In this document: piece by piece, positions 36,857 to 49,972 of the stretch | Position numbering within the stretch: position 1 is the first letter of the stretch | How the letters are laid out: every line of letters begins with the position of its first letter | Source: Lama glama | Taxonomy: Eukaryota | Assembly: GCA_028534125.1 (NCBI GenBank) | Contig: CM052816.1 | Location: 81,656,001 to 81,720,000, forward strand | DNA length: 64,000 bases | Reading direction: 5' to 3' | Position numbers and translations under genes: made by a program | The notes under the pieces: model-generated | What the model was told of the DNA's origin: nothing | The model's input: the letters and a program-made list of their open reading frames with translations, nothing else | The model's database searches: none

Positions 36857-37479
36857 TACTTTGAAAGAGCCAATGGAACCGGGATTTTCTTTACAACTTC
36901 CCATCAGCCAGTCCTACAGCTAGAATGCTTCACAGTATTAAAGACACAAAGTGAAGACTCTCACTTGTCAAAATTCATAAATAACTTGAAAACAAGAGGA
37001 AGCACTCAAGTTTCCTTCTCTCCTTTCCCCATCCCCCAGTCAAAAATAACTCACAGAAAATTCTGAAAGCCCACAGGTACTCAGGGTGTCTCCACGCCCT
37101 GTGATGGGAGCTGATAACGTGATGCGGATGGGCACACCCTGCAGCTTGTGCAAGCAGGACAGCTGGGACCAGAAACTCAGAGAAGCAGCTCCCTTCCAAC
37201 TTCTGTCATCAACGCAGACAATTCACAAATACCCTTGAGGAAGCCAAGGTCTGTGCAGCTGTAATCCGTTCCTCTCCTCCAGAGAGCTCTCTGAGAGCTC
37301 ACATCTCCCTTTCACCTCACTGCACTTGGGCAGCATATCCAGATGCCATTGTGCTTCTTTGGTCTTTAGTGATATACAGAACTGATTTTAGCTGTTGAAT
37401 CTGCCCCATTGGACCAGAAGTTGCTGGTGGATAGAGCTTCCCAGCTCTCTGATCAGCTCTTTTGGTCTCCATCCTTGAC

Positions 37480-38060
37480 TTTCCCCTGCCAGGGTATCTG
37501 GAGGGGCACCAGCATTTCTGTCTCCCTCTCTCCTCGTGCCTGGGTTACCACCTCTACACTCGTGGCAATAACAGCCAAGTCAGAGTTGCCAGCTCCTCAA
37601 CCTCCAACTCCCTTCGGAGCTTCAGACCCAGACCTCTGCCTGCCTCCTGCCCGGCTCCAGCTGAAGGTCCCTCAGCATCTCAAACTCAGCACGCCCTGAA
37701 ATAAAACCCATTATGCTCTCTGTCACCTGGTCCCTCCTCATCCAGTTCCTCTTTTAATTACTGTCAATCCCCAGTCACTCAAGCACAAATGAGTCATCCT
37801 TGACTTCTTCCTTCACATTTGGTGGTGAGCTCCTGTCAACACTAGTTCTTAAATCTTTCACCTGTCCTGTCCCCTGTGTTTTGTCACATTTTAGAGCCTT
37901 GACTCCCAACTACCCTCTCTTCCTCAGTTGTTGATCCCTTCAATCTACTGGACACAGAGACAGTCAGTGGTAAACACGTAAGATCTGCCTGATAATTTCT
38001 CATCGTCCTAATACTTTCTCATGCCCAAAGAATAAAGCCATTCTTGATCTAGCTCCAACG
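37480..38060 (+). mobile_element. Decayed L2 fragment
   Basis: gcatctcaaactcagca and gagtcatccttgacttcttcctt are L2 motifs. Confidence 0.6.
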
Positions 38061-38121
38061 CCTGCATCATGGAACATGCCAGCTGCTGCACTTTTTTGTG
38101 TATCTATGCTTTCACATAATC

Positions 38122-38260
38122 CAGTGGTTCTCTCCTACGGTGAGGAGGAGGGGTTGCTATTGACGTCATTTAGTGGGTAGAGGCCAGAGAGGCTGCCAAA
38201 TACCCAGCATTGCACAAGACAGCCTGCTGCAACAAAGAACAAACCATATGGGTTCTGAGA
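38122..38260. mobile_element. MER20-like hAT fragment
   Basis: cagtggttctc...tagtgggtagaggccagagaggctgccaaa...tgcacaagacagcc. Confidence 0.75.
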
Positions 38261-41200
38261 GAGTTAGGATACACTTGTGTTTATTGTTACCATGATGGCT
38301 TCCCACTCTAGGGGCTGCGAGCATAAGTGTTGTCAGGGTGCAGGAAATCGAATGAGAAAAGCAGATTAGGCAAAAGCAATGGGAGATGTTCAGGACTGGA
38401 GCAGATATGTCTTTCCTAAAGCCTTCAGATTCAAAATTCCAAAAACCCTGAACTGAATCACACAGCAAAGGGGTGGGTCTGTAACTTCTCTGAGGCTCCT
38501 GAGCAGGGGTGGGGTTGTTCTCCTCTCTGGCACTTGCTTCCTTGGAAATACTCGACCAATATTTACTGAAAACTTCCCTCTCATATTGCCCTTCAAAGCC
38601 TGGCATACTCCTAAGTTCTAGTATGTAAACAAACAAAAGGACAAAACTCTCTTCATCTCAGAACCTTAAGACAGTTTCACTGCCCTTTTGAATCCTACCC
38701 CCCTTAAAGGGTTCTTTGTAATCTTTCTAATGACTTTACTCTGGTTTTTCCAAACAAACAAACAAACACCAAAAAACACTATAAAACACTAGTTTGAGGA
38801 GATGCGCTATGGAAGAAAGACTCCATGGTCAGATAAGTTAAAGAAATTTGCATATTAGCTCTCCCTTTAATTGATGCATCCAAATCATATTTTACCAAAC
38901 AGTTCTCACACCTACCTTTTTTATAATGTAGCTTATTAATAGGAAACAAGTGCTTTGAGGACTTTTTGACACTCTCAGGCACTCTTCTTGGCTGTCTGAT
39001 TTGGTCTCCCCTTGGAATAGGGTACTTTTTAATTTAAACTTCCATTTGTGTGCAGAAAAGTGCCAACTCCCCCCAACTTGGTCCCATCCTTCAGGCTAGG
39101 ACCATTCTCTCCTTCTCCACATCTAAACGAATGTGGGCACGTTGAAGGTGCCCAGTGTTCTTCGGGAAGGAGACATCTTGGGTCAAGATGGAAGGATGTG
39201 AGGAGAGTTCACATAGTGGTAAGAAAGTGTAACAGAACAGGAAGCACACAAGTGAGGACAGGAAGTAGGCAGGTGAGGAAAAGGAAGTGCATAGGTGAGC
39301 CCTGGGCCCTAGCTCCTGGACAAGGACACCTGTCTCTTAAGGCTATTGGTCACCTCAGGCCAGCTTTTCAGAATCAAGGCCCATTAATGAGGATTAGGTC
39401 AGTAAAAAAGATAAACATGTTTCTTTTAGATGTATATAGAGAAAAGGCCCAGTCATTTCGAGGCAAGGAAAATCTAACTTCAGAAGAGCAGAGAGCCTCT
39501 ATGACTTGCACACCTGGCAGATTCCTTCCCAGAAAGCTGGAGCAGCCCTCGCATTTGCACCTGCCTGGCCCCTAGCTGTGAACAAACCACTGAGACCCAC
39601 CAGCCAAGGGTCTTGAAAACAGAAGACACTAGGCATTACATAACACCCTGAAAGTAGTGATTCCTTCTGTTGCTAGTGAAGATAAACATTAAATGGCAGG
39701 TTTCAGATCTTAACAATGTCTCTTAAAAAAAAAAAAAAACTCTAAAAATCACACAAAAAATTAAGTTACCAATCCACCTTTCTCAGGTTCACAATGCAAT
39801 TTTAAGTTTTTTTTTTTACAAGTACATAAATTGAAATTAATAGATAAACTGGGTGAGTGTGATATGGTTTTCAACATGCGGTAAGTGCTCAGCCCTCACT
39901 TTCTAGCCTGGCTTGTCTGCCCAATTGGTCCTTTGAATTGGGGGTAGTTTCTTCATAGAAATGGAGATATTTTGGGTTTCAGAAACTAAGTCCAGCCCCA
40001 TCACAACTTGAACTCACTCCCATGAATCTTCCCACAACTCGAGGACCCCCTGAACCAGGCCATGGACGTCGGTGGCTACTCACACTCAGGGGGAAGAGGG
40101 AACAAGGGGCTCCCTTAGCTAATGTCATGGCCCCTGGCAGCTCGAGATCTCTCTCAAATGCCTCTCCAGGCCCTGGGCTTCCCATGAAATCAATTTTGGG
40201 AGCATCCCTGCAGACATTTCCCCAAAGCTTTAGTCCATGGTCTTATTGGTGTCCATGGGATTGGCTTTCAAGACCAGAGGCACACAGTAATTAAGAAGGG
40301 TCTCTCTAAACACTTGTGCTGTGCAGACTTGCTGGGCAGATGAGATCCTGTCCACATGAAGACTCTCGCCTGGGCAGGGTGATGTGTGCTAAGCAGGAAG
40401 TAATGGATAGAGATAGTGGTGGGGGCAGTATTTCCACAGGGAGGTGTCACCGTGGGCTGGGGTGAGCAGGAGAGACCTTCCCAAGGACTTAAGTAAAGGC
40501 TGCTGCTTGGTGCTGACATTTCCCACAATTTCCCATTCCTCCCCTCGTAAAGGAAAGTGGGCTCTTCCTCGCAGTTGCTGCACCTGGAGACACTTGCATT
40601 CTAGCCTGACCCACCTGGCACCACCACAGCGAGCAGAACACGTCAAATGGCAGGCTTGTTAAACAGGCATTCTAGAAAGGATGGCTGCCAGCCAAGTTCA
40701 GGATCAGAGTGCTGCCCACACTTCTTGGAGCCAGTGAACTGGGTGAGCATGATAAAGTCCACAGTCATTTCCATTACACATTCCACACAAGGAAACAAAA
40801 ACGGTGGGCAGGGCTTGGACTCCCCAACCCTTCCAATTTTATTTTTACTACATTGATATTGTCAAGTAATCAAAGTGTTGCCACTCATTCGGTTCTCAGA
40901 AACTGAAGACGGTGTGGATGGTTAATTACTCCATAATGACCCCACTGAGCAAGGTGCATCCTAAACTCATGTAGACTGTGGAGGTGCATGCCTTTCAGAG
41001 GGCTCAGAAGCAAGGCAAGGTCTGGGCAGTTCCCAAGCTGCAGGAGAATAAGCTGAAATTTTGACTCTTGCCAGGTGCTAAGGGGTCAAGGGGAGCCGTG
41101 GGTGCCCAGGCTGCAAGGGCCTTTCTGAAGAGCTGGTGAAACCTGCGTAGGCTGGAAATGTGTCTTCTTCAAAGCAGCTTCTGTGACAGCCAGCGCCTCC

Positions 41201-41964
41201 CCTCCCTGTCTCCGCCTGCTCTTCTGTGAGCTCCACGGTGGCGATGGAATTCCCCGAAATCCCCATCGTGCTCAGAGTTTTAAAGGTTTACCTCATCCAT
41301 TCTGTAATTTCCAGATCTCAAAATAATTCCTCTTAAAAAAAAAAAAACACAGTTCCTTAAGCTTACCGGGTCTACATGAAGAAGAAAAATGATTAGCCTT
41401 TCCTACAAGTGGGGAAGGGTGGAGTGAAGGCCTTGGAGGAAGAAATCTATCAAAACCCACTAAATGCCCAATGACGCGTGTGGGCGTCAGCTGCATGCTT
41501 TGAAGGTATTTCTCATCTTCACCAGGAAGCACCTTCTCTTGGAATCACGTCTGCTTCTGTGGCAGTAGGAACTTGGCTTCCAAAACCTGAGCTTTCGGAG
41601 GCAAACTGGTGGGGAAGCTGGGTCACATGTGGAAATTTCTCTCTATGAGCCTCCAAACAATCACTTGTTTGTTTCCCCCCACCCCCTACTATTTTTTTTT
41701 TCTTTTCCCACAAGAATTTCTCTAAATAATTGAAGGCGATTTCCCATGGGAATTGGGCCACGGTGACTTCCAGGTCTTAAACTTATCTAAAACAGTTTAA
41801 AAACAAAAGACACAAGAATGTGCCTGCCTGGCCGGTAACAATACAAATTCTGGCAATAAGAACAGCAGCCAAAGCATGAAACTTCTAGTAGCTCAGTGGA
41901 GGGTGGGCTCTGGGGTAAAGCTGATTTGGTTTGTAGTCACTCAAGGAAGAATGTGTGGCATTGA

Positions 41965-42008
41965 CCTAGCACTGACCAACTGAAGTCCTAGCACTGACCA
42001 ATTGAAGT
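41965..42008. repeat. Tandem 22-bp duplication
   Basis: cctagcactgaccaactgaagt (41965-41986) followed by cctagcactgaccaattgaagt (41987-42008), 1 mismatch. Confidence 0.95.
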
Positions 42009-42012
42009 TTAG

Positions 42013-42099
42013 TTTTTTTTTTTTAATCGAAGTATAGTTGATTTACAATATTGTGTTAGTTTCTGGTGTATAGAAAAGAGACTGAATTATATGTGTGTG

Positions 42100-42133
<34 letters not shown>

Positions 42134-42431
42134 ATTTATATTACAGATAATAAATGTATTTTATATTTTCATATTCTTTTCCATTATGGTTTATTACATG
42201 ATATTGAATATAGTTCCTTGCTATACAGTAGGGCCTTGTTTATTTTATGTTTAGTAGTTTGTATCTGCTAATTTATCCCTCCTCCACCCACTTTCCCCTT
42301 TGGTAACCATAAGTTTGTTCTCTATGTCTGTGAATCTGTTTCTGCTTTGTAAATAAGTTCACTTGTATCATATTTTAGATTCCACATATAAGTGATATCA
42401 TATGATACTTGTCTTTCTCTTTCTGACTTAC
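42013..42431 (-). mobile_element. 5'-truncated young L1 3' end, in the sense orientation of PDZD2, containing a (TG)n(TA)n microsatellite
   Basis: Poly-T then aatcgaagtatagttgatttacaatattgtgttagtttctggtgta...tttagattccacatataagtgatatcata. TSD gaagtttagtttt (42004-42016, overlapping the tail) / gaagtttaatttt (42432-42444). Confidence 0.92.
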
Positions 42432-45400
42432 GAAGTTTAATTTTGAAGACCTATGGGAAAAGTTTGCCAAAGGCCTTCATAACTTGAGCAGCAAAAATAA
42501 TATCAGACTCTGTAAGACATAACTGGGTTCAAGAGCTTCAAAAATGTCTTTAGCTACAACCACTGGTGCACAGTTAACACAGATTTCAGAGTACCGCTGA
42601 CAGAGGGCTAGATGCTTCACACAGCGGTACAGAATGGAATCTTCGAGAGTTTAAGGAATTTCCCTAAATCACAGATGGGGGAAGAGTTGGAATTCAACTT
42701 TCCACCCAAGTCAGGTCTGCCTATTTACAAATGCTATGGTCCCTCCTCTCTGGCACCAGACTCTGAATGTGTCCCACTTGTCATAATGGGTCCGAGCGAG
42801 TCCTCTATGAAATCTCTTGGTTGGGGGTAGGCAGCATGTTTTGTGAAAAGAGCCTCACCCGGACAACCATGGATTAAACTCAGCATCCCCTGCTTATTCG
42901 CTATGTGACTAACAAGCAAACGTCTCTAGGTCTCCGCTTCCTCATATGAAAAAGTACAACGCATTTAGAGAGTTTCTGATAAGAGAGAGAAATGGAAATG
43001 CTTTAGATCGTCCCAGCACTGGCCACATAGCGGACACTCAGAACATCGTGCTTGTGGTGACTCCTGTATAAAACCTACTCGCTCCGCCCCTACTTCTTCA
43101 TATTTAAGTTTCCTCTCTACCGTTCTCCCTTATTTAGATCACTAACCAAATTATACATGGCTTGTCCTGGTTCCACAAGTTCCTGGCTTAATTGAAAGTG
43201 ACAAAGGGGACGCAGGAAGGCCAGTAGAGTGCTCAGCGGAGGGTGGCGTTAAAAGACCCAGAAGTCAGTGCCGTGCGTCCCCTAAAGGGGCTGCCAGCCC
43301 CAATCAGGCCACTGGTTACGTGACGAGAGGAGGAAAGAGGGAACCAAGCACTGCCCAGGGTTTTCCCTGAGAAGCCACACACAACAGAACACCGACACGG
43401 AGTCCCATGGAAAACATCCTGGCCACCTCCCTGGGTAACTGCCTGCCTGTGCTGCCAAAAAGATCAGGTCTCCACTCAGAAGGGGGCACCAGGGACTTCA
43501 CCTGTTTTATTCTCCAAATTATCTCCTGTCACCTTAGGGGTGAGCCAGGTCTTCATCTCTTTTTTTTACTGATGAAGAAACAGAAGGAAACAGAAGTGTA
43601 ACGACTAAGGCGACTCTAAAAATCAAGGAGGAGCCCGCACTAGGCTTCCTAGCTACGCCGTTTAAAATGAGGAGTTCTCCCTGAGACTCAGGGGACCCAG
43701 GGGCACAGTGGGCATCTCTGCCCCTGCCATGGGCTCACTCTAACTTTTCCTCAGGGGAGAATTCTGAAATTTCCAGAATGACGCCCATGAACGATTTCCA
43801 GATGGTTCTCCGACTTAACTTCTCAATCCCAGGAGCTCTGTGGACTCGCCCTAGCTGGGTCCACGTAGAGCGATGATGTTTGCTCCTGAATGTGCCACTA
43901 ACTGTTCACCCACCTCTACACCTCTCCTTTCCCTTTCAGCCTCGTGGGCGCCTCCACTCTGAGCTCTTAGAAAATCCTTTCAGAATTTCTCTTTTCTTTC
44001 CATACATCCTCCAGGGGAAAGGGACCTTATTTTTTATTTTCTTCCTAGCTCTCCTTGGCCATTGGTGGAAACAATAGTTTCCACCTGGCAAGTGTCAAAT
44101 GCCACACATTCCAATCCTGTGGCTCCCAGAATTTCTCTGGGTCCGATGCAAACTCCTGACCATCAAGCCTTAACTCGCTGACCCCCCATCTTTCCTTGAG
44201 GCTCCAAGGTTGGCTTTCTCCTTCCCAGCAGGCTGCAGTGTTCCCACTCCCACTCCGGTGTAGTGCCGGTCTTTGTCAACCTTCGCCTCCCATGCCACCC
44301 ACATCCTTCCCAAGTTTGCAAACAGTGCTACTGAGTTAATAAACACTTCCGCACCAACTGGACCTCCCATGGTGGCAATCAGCACAGGGACCCTCCGAAA
44401 ATACTGATGGATATTGATGGGAGGTGCGCACCTCTATCCTATTTCACACTCGGGTAAACTGCCCCATCCAGCCTGGGGCTCCCTCCCTCCCCCAGGCACC
44501 TGGACACTAAGTTTAATCTCCAGCCAAATGAAAGGCTGGGGGACAGCTAGGCAGGTGAGCTCTGTACTCCTAGCACTCTGCAGGTGACAAAGCCTCCAAG
44601 GAGCTGGCATCAACGAACACCCAGGATCCTGGAAGAAAACAGCTGGACACGTGCAGGTTGCAGCCTTGCAAAAGTGACACTCAAATCAGGACAAGCTCAG
44701 TCTAAAAATAGATGCACCTGAATTAGGGCATGGGAAGGTTTCAGAAGGCACAGGAACTCAACATGTAGCTCACAGGGTTTGTTTGCGGGGCTGGGCTGGG
44801 CTGGCTGGTATCCTGGGTGTGAGGCAACACAAATATGGCACCAGCGTACTTGTTCACTTCTTGCTCAAAGGCAATCAGGGACCTGGTGGGAGGAGAAATG
44901 AGGCCTCTGTACTCAACCAAGGGCACACAAAGGCACTCTCCCATCCCACACAACTGCAACTGGGGTGAGAAGCCAACCCCGGGATCCAGCCAACCATCTC
45001 TGAATGACGCCAGGGAGATGTGCTGCTCCAGGCAGGGCGACCACAGCTGCCAGCACGGACACCAAGGCCCTGTTCTCAAAGGAACTAAGAATGAAAGCCT
45101 TTTATTTTATCTGGGTATTTTCACACCCAGAAAATACACCTAGAAAATCTCCAGGAAAAAAAAATGGAAAAAATAAATTGCAGCCTAAAAAAACCCAAAC
45201 AGCTGTTTGCCTTCCAAGGATTCCGTGTTTCGACTTCATAAGCATTTTTGCAAACAACGGGAGCACGTATGGGCCCATGACCCACCCCAAAGGCCCATAA
45301 TACGTGCACGCAGAGAGCCTGCAGCCCCTGCCAGACCAACCTCCAATCAATTCTTCTTCAAAACAAGGGGCTCTGAGTAAAGGGTGTCTGAACAAAGCAC

Positions 45401-46738
45401 TGGTCTCAAGGTGCCCTGTAAAAAGGAAAATTTCTTTGCTGACCGAGTGGAAGACCACGCTGTGCTCAGAGAAGGCCAAGTGTCCGTGAACCTCTCTTTC
45501 ATCTATTTTTCAAAAACATGTCTAAGAATAATATTTGTTTTGACACAGGATAAGTGTTGAAAGAAAGAAAAATTAAAAATCAGTCAATGCACATGCACTA
45601 GCCCTAGCGCACACACGCAGACACACACCCAGGCAGACCAGGACCCCCTCTCTCTCACATCCACCACCACCAGTCTTTGACACTTTGGCCTATACACGGA
45701 TCAAATGATGAGCTCATAAGCCTTCAGGGTGTTTTTGGTCAAACTCAGAAATGTCTTTCTCTTGGGGAGAGAGTTTGGAAAGTTCTCTGGCCTCTGGGCT
45801 GAAATGCCTGGATACAAGGCTCAGACGAAGATGGTTCTCTTGGCTGAGCGCCCAGAGGATGAGCAGCGAGGCAGAGAGGAGACCCGGCCTTGGGGTTCCC
45901 TGCCTCTGCGGGGAACACCGGCCGGCACACGTCTGCGGCTGGTGACCTGGTTAAGCAGGGACTACAAACAAAACCGAGAGAGGCCACGGGGCTGAAGCTG
46001 GTCTGGGAAGGGCCAGCTATAGTGGGCTCAGGGTCATTGTTTTCTTTGCATGGACTTGACAGCTGCAATCTAAGAAGATCTGGCACTTTCAAAGTGAAAG
46101 ATATTTTCCCAACTAGAGTGTCGGCAGCAGGAGGGCAGATGCCAGCTCTTCCCAATTTTCCTCTGCATCATTGCACAGATCTGGAAACACCCAACGTAAC
46201 TTCTTTGAGAAAGTAAAGGTGTCCAGAGAAGCCCCCCTAGGGCTTTTCAAAGAAATAGGAATTCATATCCAAAGCTTTATCTCTCTCCCAACAACTTAGC
46301 ACATTTTCACCACCCTGGGCTTTCCCTGTGCCCTACATTTTGCTGAACTCAACCTCTGTATATGCTAATCCCCGCCAGGCTCACTGTAAATATTTCATGC
46401 TGCCCCTCCTCTCTTACAAGCACTTGTCAGAATTACTGAGGCTGCTACATTGAATTCAGGTTTGCCCCACCAGCTTTCTATGTCAGTTCTGTGTTGAGCA
46501 GGGACACTGCAGAGTGTAGCCTCAATCTGAACTGCACTTCCAGCTGGAACAAAAACCTTTGTCCCTGAATTATTGCCCGAGTTTCTTCTCCTAAGAAAAT
46601 GGGGTTAGTCAGCTGTGGCGCCAGATTTCATTGGGTTCCTCTCACATTTACTTCTGTCCTCCAAAAATTTCAGAGTTGTCTCCCGAGACATGCACTATCC
46701 ACTAGTAAAAATTTCCTTCTTGAAATGAGATCCTTGTG

Positions 46739-47104
46739 GTGATCATTTTGTAATGGACAGAAATATCAAATCCCTAGGTTGTGCACCAGGAACTAACATA
46801 CTGGTGTAGGTCAATTATACTTTAAAAAACAAAATCCTAGGGGAAAAAAGATGAGATTTGTGGTTACCAGCAGTGGGAAGGAAGCAGAGGGGGAATTGGG
46901 TGAAGATGGTCAAAAGGCACAAACTTCTGGTTATAAAATAAATAAGTACTAGCGATATAACGTACAATGTAATTAACATAATTAACACTGCTATGGGTTA
47001 TATATGAAAGTTGCTGTTTAGAGAGTAAACCCTAAGAGTTCTCACAAGGGGAAAAAACTCTTGTCTACAAATAAACAAAATGCAAAGAAACACACACACA
47101 CACA
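46739..47104 (+). mobile_element. L1 3' UTR fragment (L1MA9/artiodactyl type) with TSD
   Basis: gtaggtcaattatacttt...gtggttaccag...caaacttctggttataaaataaataagtacta. 16-bp TSD aaatgagatccttgtg (46723-46738) / aaatgagatccctgcg (47105-47120). Confidence 0.85.
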
Positions 47105-48799
47105 AAATGAGATCCCTGCGTTAGAAACAGGATCTTTAGCATGAATCACTGGGAATGACAATGCAGTGAATTTTGTCACTAGTGATTTTACTTTTAAAAC
47201 TTCAATTTTTTAAAAATGTTTTGGGGCTGAATGGGCACAAGTCACTTGAACCGAGAATTTTCCTAGCTTTTCAATTCTGGGTCGCGTGGCCTTAGACACG
47301 TTCATTGAGGCACTCTGTGGCTGGGCTGGTGCCACTGAAGAGCTGCAGACGCTGACAGCTGTGTCACTGAGATGCAGGGAGTGACATCTGGCTCCAGCTC
47401 TCAGCAGCAGGGAGAAGGGTGGTGGGTGGGGCGAGGGGCAGGGGAGTGACCCGATTAAAATGCAAATAAGGCCTCTGCTGCTTGCTGCTCAATGAACGCT
47501 GCTGAAGGAAAATGAATACATCTATGGCGAGCCCCTGGCCAGATCAAGACTTCACCAAGATCAGAAAAATGCAAACTAAGACCATTCAGGATGACTTGAT
47601 CTCTGATATTCTGTAGGCTCTAAACCCTGGTCATAGTGAACAAAGGTGCTAAAGAATCAGATTTGGTCCTCCCTCCGCCCCCCAGTTACTTAAGCTTTGA
47701 CCTGCGTTCTCACCAGAGGATGTAGACCATCCCTGTAAGGACCAAACTAAGACAGCAAGAGTGGGAAGCGGGGTGGAGATGGGAACAGGGATTTCTTAAA
47801 TGGACACGCAGTTAAAATTTAAGAATCACATGCCACTGTGTCCAGAGTTACAGTATTTAATTCTTACAATAACTTTTAGCATTTCAGCATTTGTATCTTT
47901 TCCAGTTTTACAGACTAGGTAACTAATCAGAGGTACGAAGGACATTTGCCTGAAGTGGCCCAGGTGATAAAGAAACCATCGGCTAATTCTTGGGTTCGTG
48001 TTCCTTTCACATCTACACTGTTCCTCCAGTCAATATATTTCCCCCAAGTCTCTATTATTTTCAGGCCGTGGGCCTCCACGTGAGGCTTGTCTCAAGAGCC
48101 ACAGAAAACCTGAAGCCTAGAAGTACACAAGGAATTTCTTACAAAGAAGAAAGATGCTGATCCTTCTCTCACTCGTTAACTCTTGTCATCACAGCGCTCA
48201 GGATGTGGGACCCAGCAGAGGGTGGGAGGGGAGCACCCCTTCCCTGGAGCTCCTGCTGTGACATCTCCAATTAGCACACCTGACACCCGAGGAGAGGCTT
48301 CTGCTTTAAAAAGTACCCGGGGAAAACACTGTCGTGCTGGACGGACGCCTGCACAGAGCAAGCTTCATCTGTGGAGGTGAACAGTCTTCCCCGAGGGCCC
48401 TCAGGGTGGCCCCATCTCACTGCTGGCTGTGCCAGCGACAGTCAGAAAAGCAGAGCAAGGTAAACCGGGCCCAGGACCCAGAGGAGCACAGAGGTGTGAC
48501 CCTGTCCCTGCCGAGGCCCTAGGTACCGAGGACAGGCACTACCACCTGGTCTTTGTGGGGTACAGTCAAGGTTGGGGCTGAGGAATGAGAAGAGTGAAGT
48601 GTGGCGGACACTGTAAATCGGCTCATCAACCCCCATGTAGCAGAAAATTCGAAAAACCACATCTCTCAGAATCCCCGGCAGTCAGAGCACAGGCCTGGGA
48701 GCTAATTTTCACCAGCCAGACCTGGATGCAGAAGTGGGCAGGGGTCACCCTGAGGGGAGCAGTGGGGAAGGGGGCACGGTCTCGGCAATCCCCCCGGAA

Positions 48800-49012
48800 G
48801 TCCAGGGCCTGAGCAGAGAGTAGGGGCACGTGGTTTCCCTGCTTGAACAGTCCGGCCGTGTGCGTTGGCTCTCTTCCTGGCTCCACAATGTCCAAGCTTG
48901 ACTCCTGGTCCCTCCCAGAAATTCTGTGAACCACCTAACATCCTTGAATACATCCCTTTCTGCTTAAACTCGCTCCAGGAATTTCTGTTGTTTGCAGCCA
49001 AAAGCCCTGACG
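48800..49012 (+). mobile_element. MaLR (MLT1-like) LTR 3' part
   Basis: atccctttctgcttaaact...tttctgttgtttgcagccaaaagccctgac. Confidence 0.65.
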
Positions 49013-49714
49013 GGCTCAGCAAGGAAGAAAGCAGAGATGAGAGGAGGCTGGAAGGATGGTGTAAAAGCCAGCTGGCACGGCCGGCAGCACCCACGTGCGC
49101 AGAGTCGGGGGTTCTAAACCCAGCGCTGTGTGCCCAGCGACGCCACGTGGGGTCCTCCCTGGCACACAGGCTGGGGAATTGGCTGGACGTGGGTTGTCTG
49201 TATGGCCCCATCGCTGTATCATGCTGGGGAAGTTTCTTATAAGCCTGAGTTCACTCATCTATGAAATGGGAACAATGCTGTTTACCTTACAGGGCCGTAG
49301 AGAGACTAAAACTGAGTAATCTATGTAAAGGGCCCATCACCAACAGTTCTGCCAGGAATAATATGGCTATCTCCCCAAATCTTCAATTGATCTGGCTTAC
49401 ATGCTAATATAGAGAAACAGACCAGATATGCCAAAATATAGGATATTTTTTCCCTAAAGCCATCCTCACCAAAGAGGATGCTGTCTCCTATTTGCAGGTA
49501 TAGAATTTGTGGACCACTCTTTCAATTACTTTAATTTGGGAGACAAAGCACTGTTTAGAGAAGCAACAATTGTCTCAGACTCAATCAATGCCAATTTTAG
49601 ATGCTTACAGCAGTCAGAACTAGCTTAAAATAAAAGGTGGAAAATAAGTTTAACAGTGAATTTACGGATTATTCCTGGGGGAAATGACATCACAGTTTGA
49701 GTTCTGGATTTCTC

Positions 49715-49972
49715 AGTAGCAGAGAAGCACAGCGGTTAAAAGCATGAACTCTGGTGCTCCTTAGCTAGGACTGAATTCTGGCTCCATCTTTCATGAGCTG
49801 TGTGGCTTTGAGCAAGGGACTTGACCTCTCTGGACCTTAGTTCTCTCAGTAAAATGAGGTAATAGAGGTATCTCCCTGATGAGGCTGCTTTGAGCAGTAA
49901 ATGAATCGATACCTGTAAAGCACCTGTGACAGTGTTTGTTACACAGTAAATGCATCCATAAATATCAGCTAT
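49715..49972 (+). mobile_element. Near full-length MIR
   Basis: cagcggttaaaagcatgaactctgg...agctgtgtggctttgagcaag...gtaaaatgaggtaata...tgtaaagcac...ataaatatcagctatt. Confidence 0.85.
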
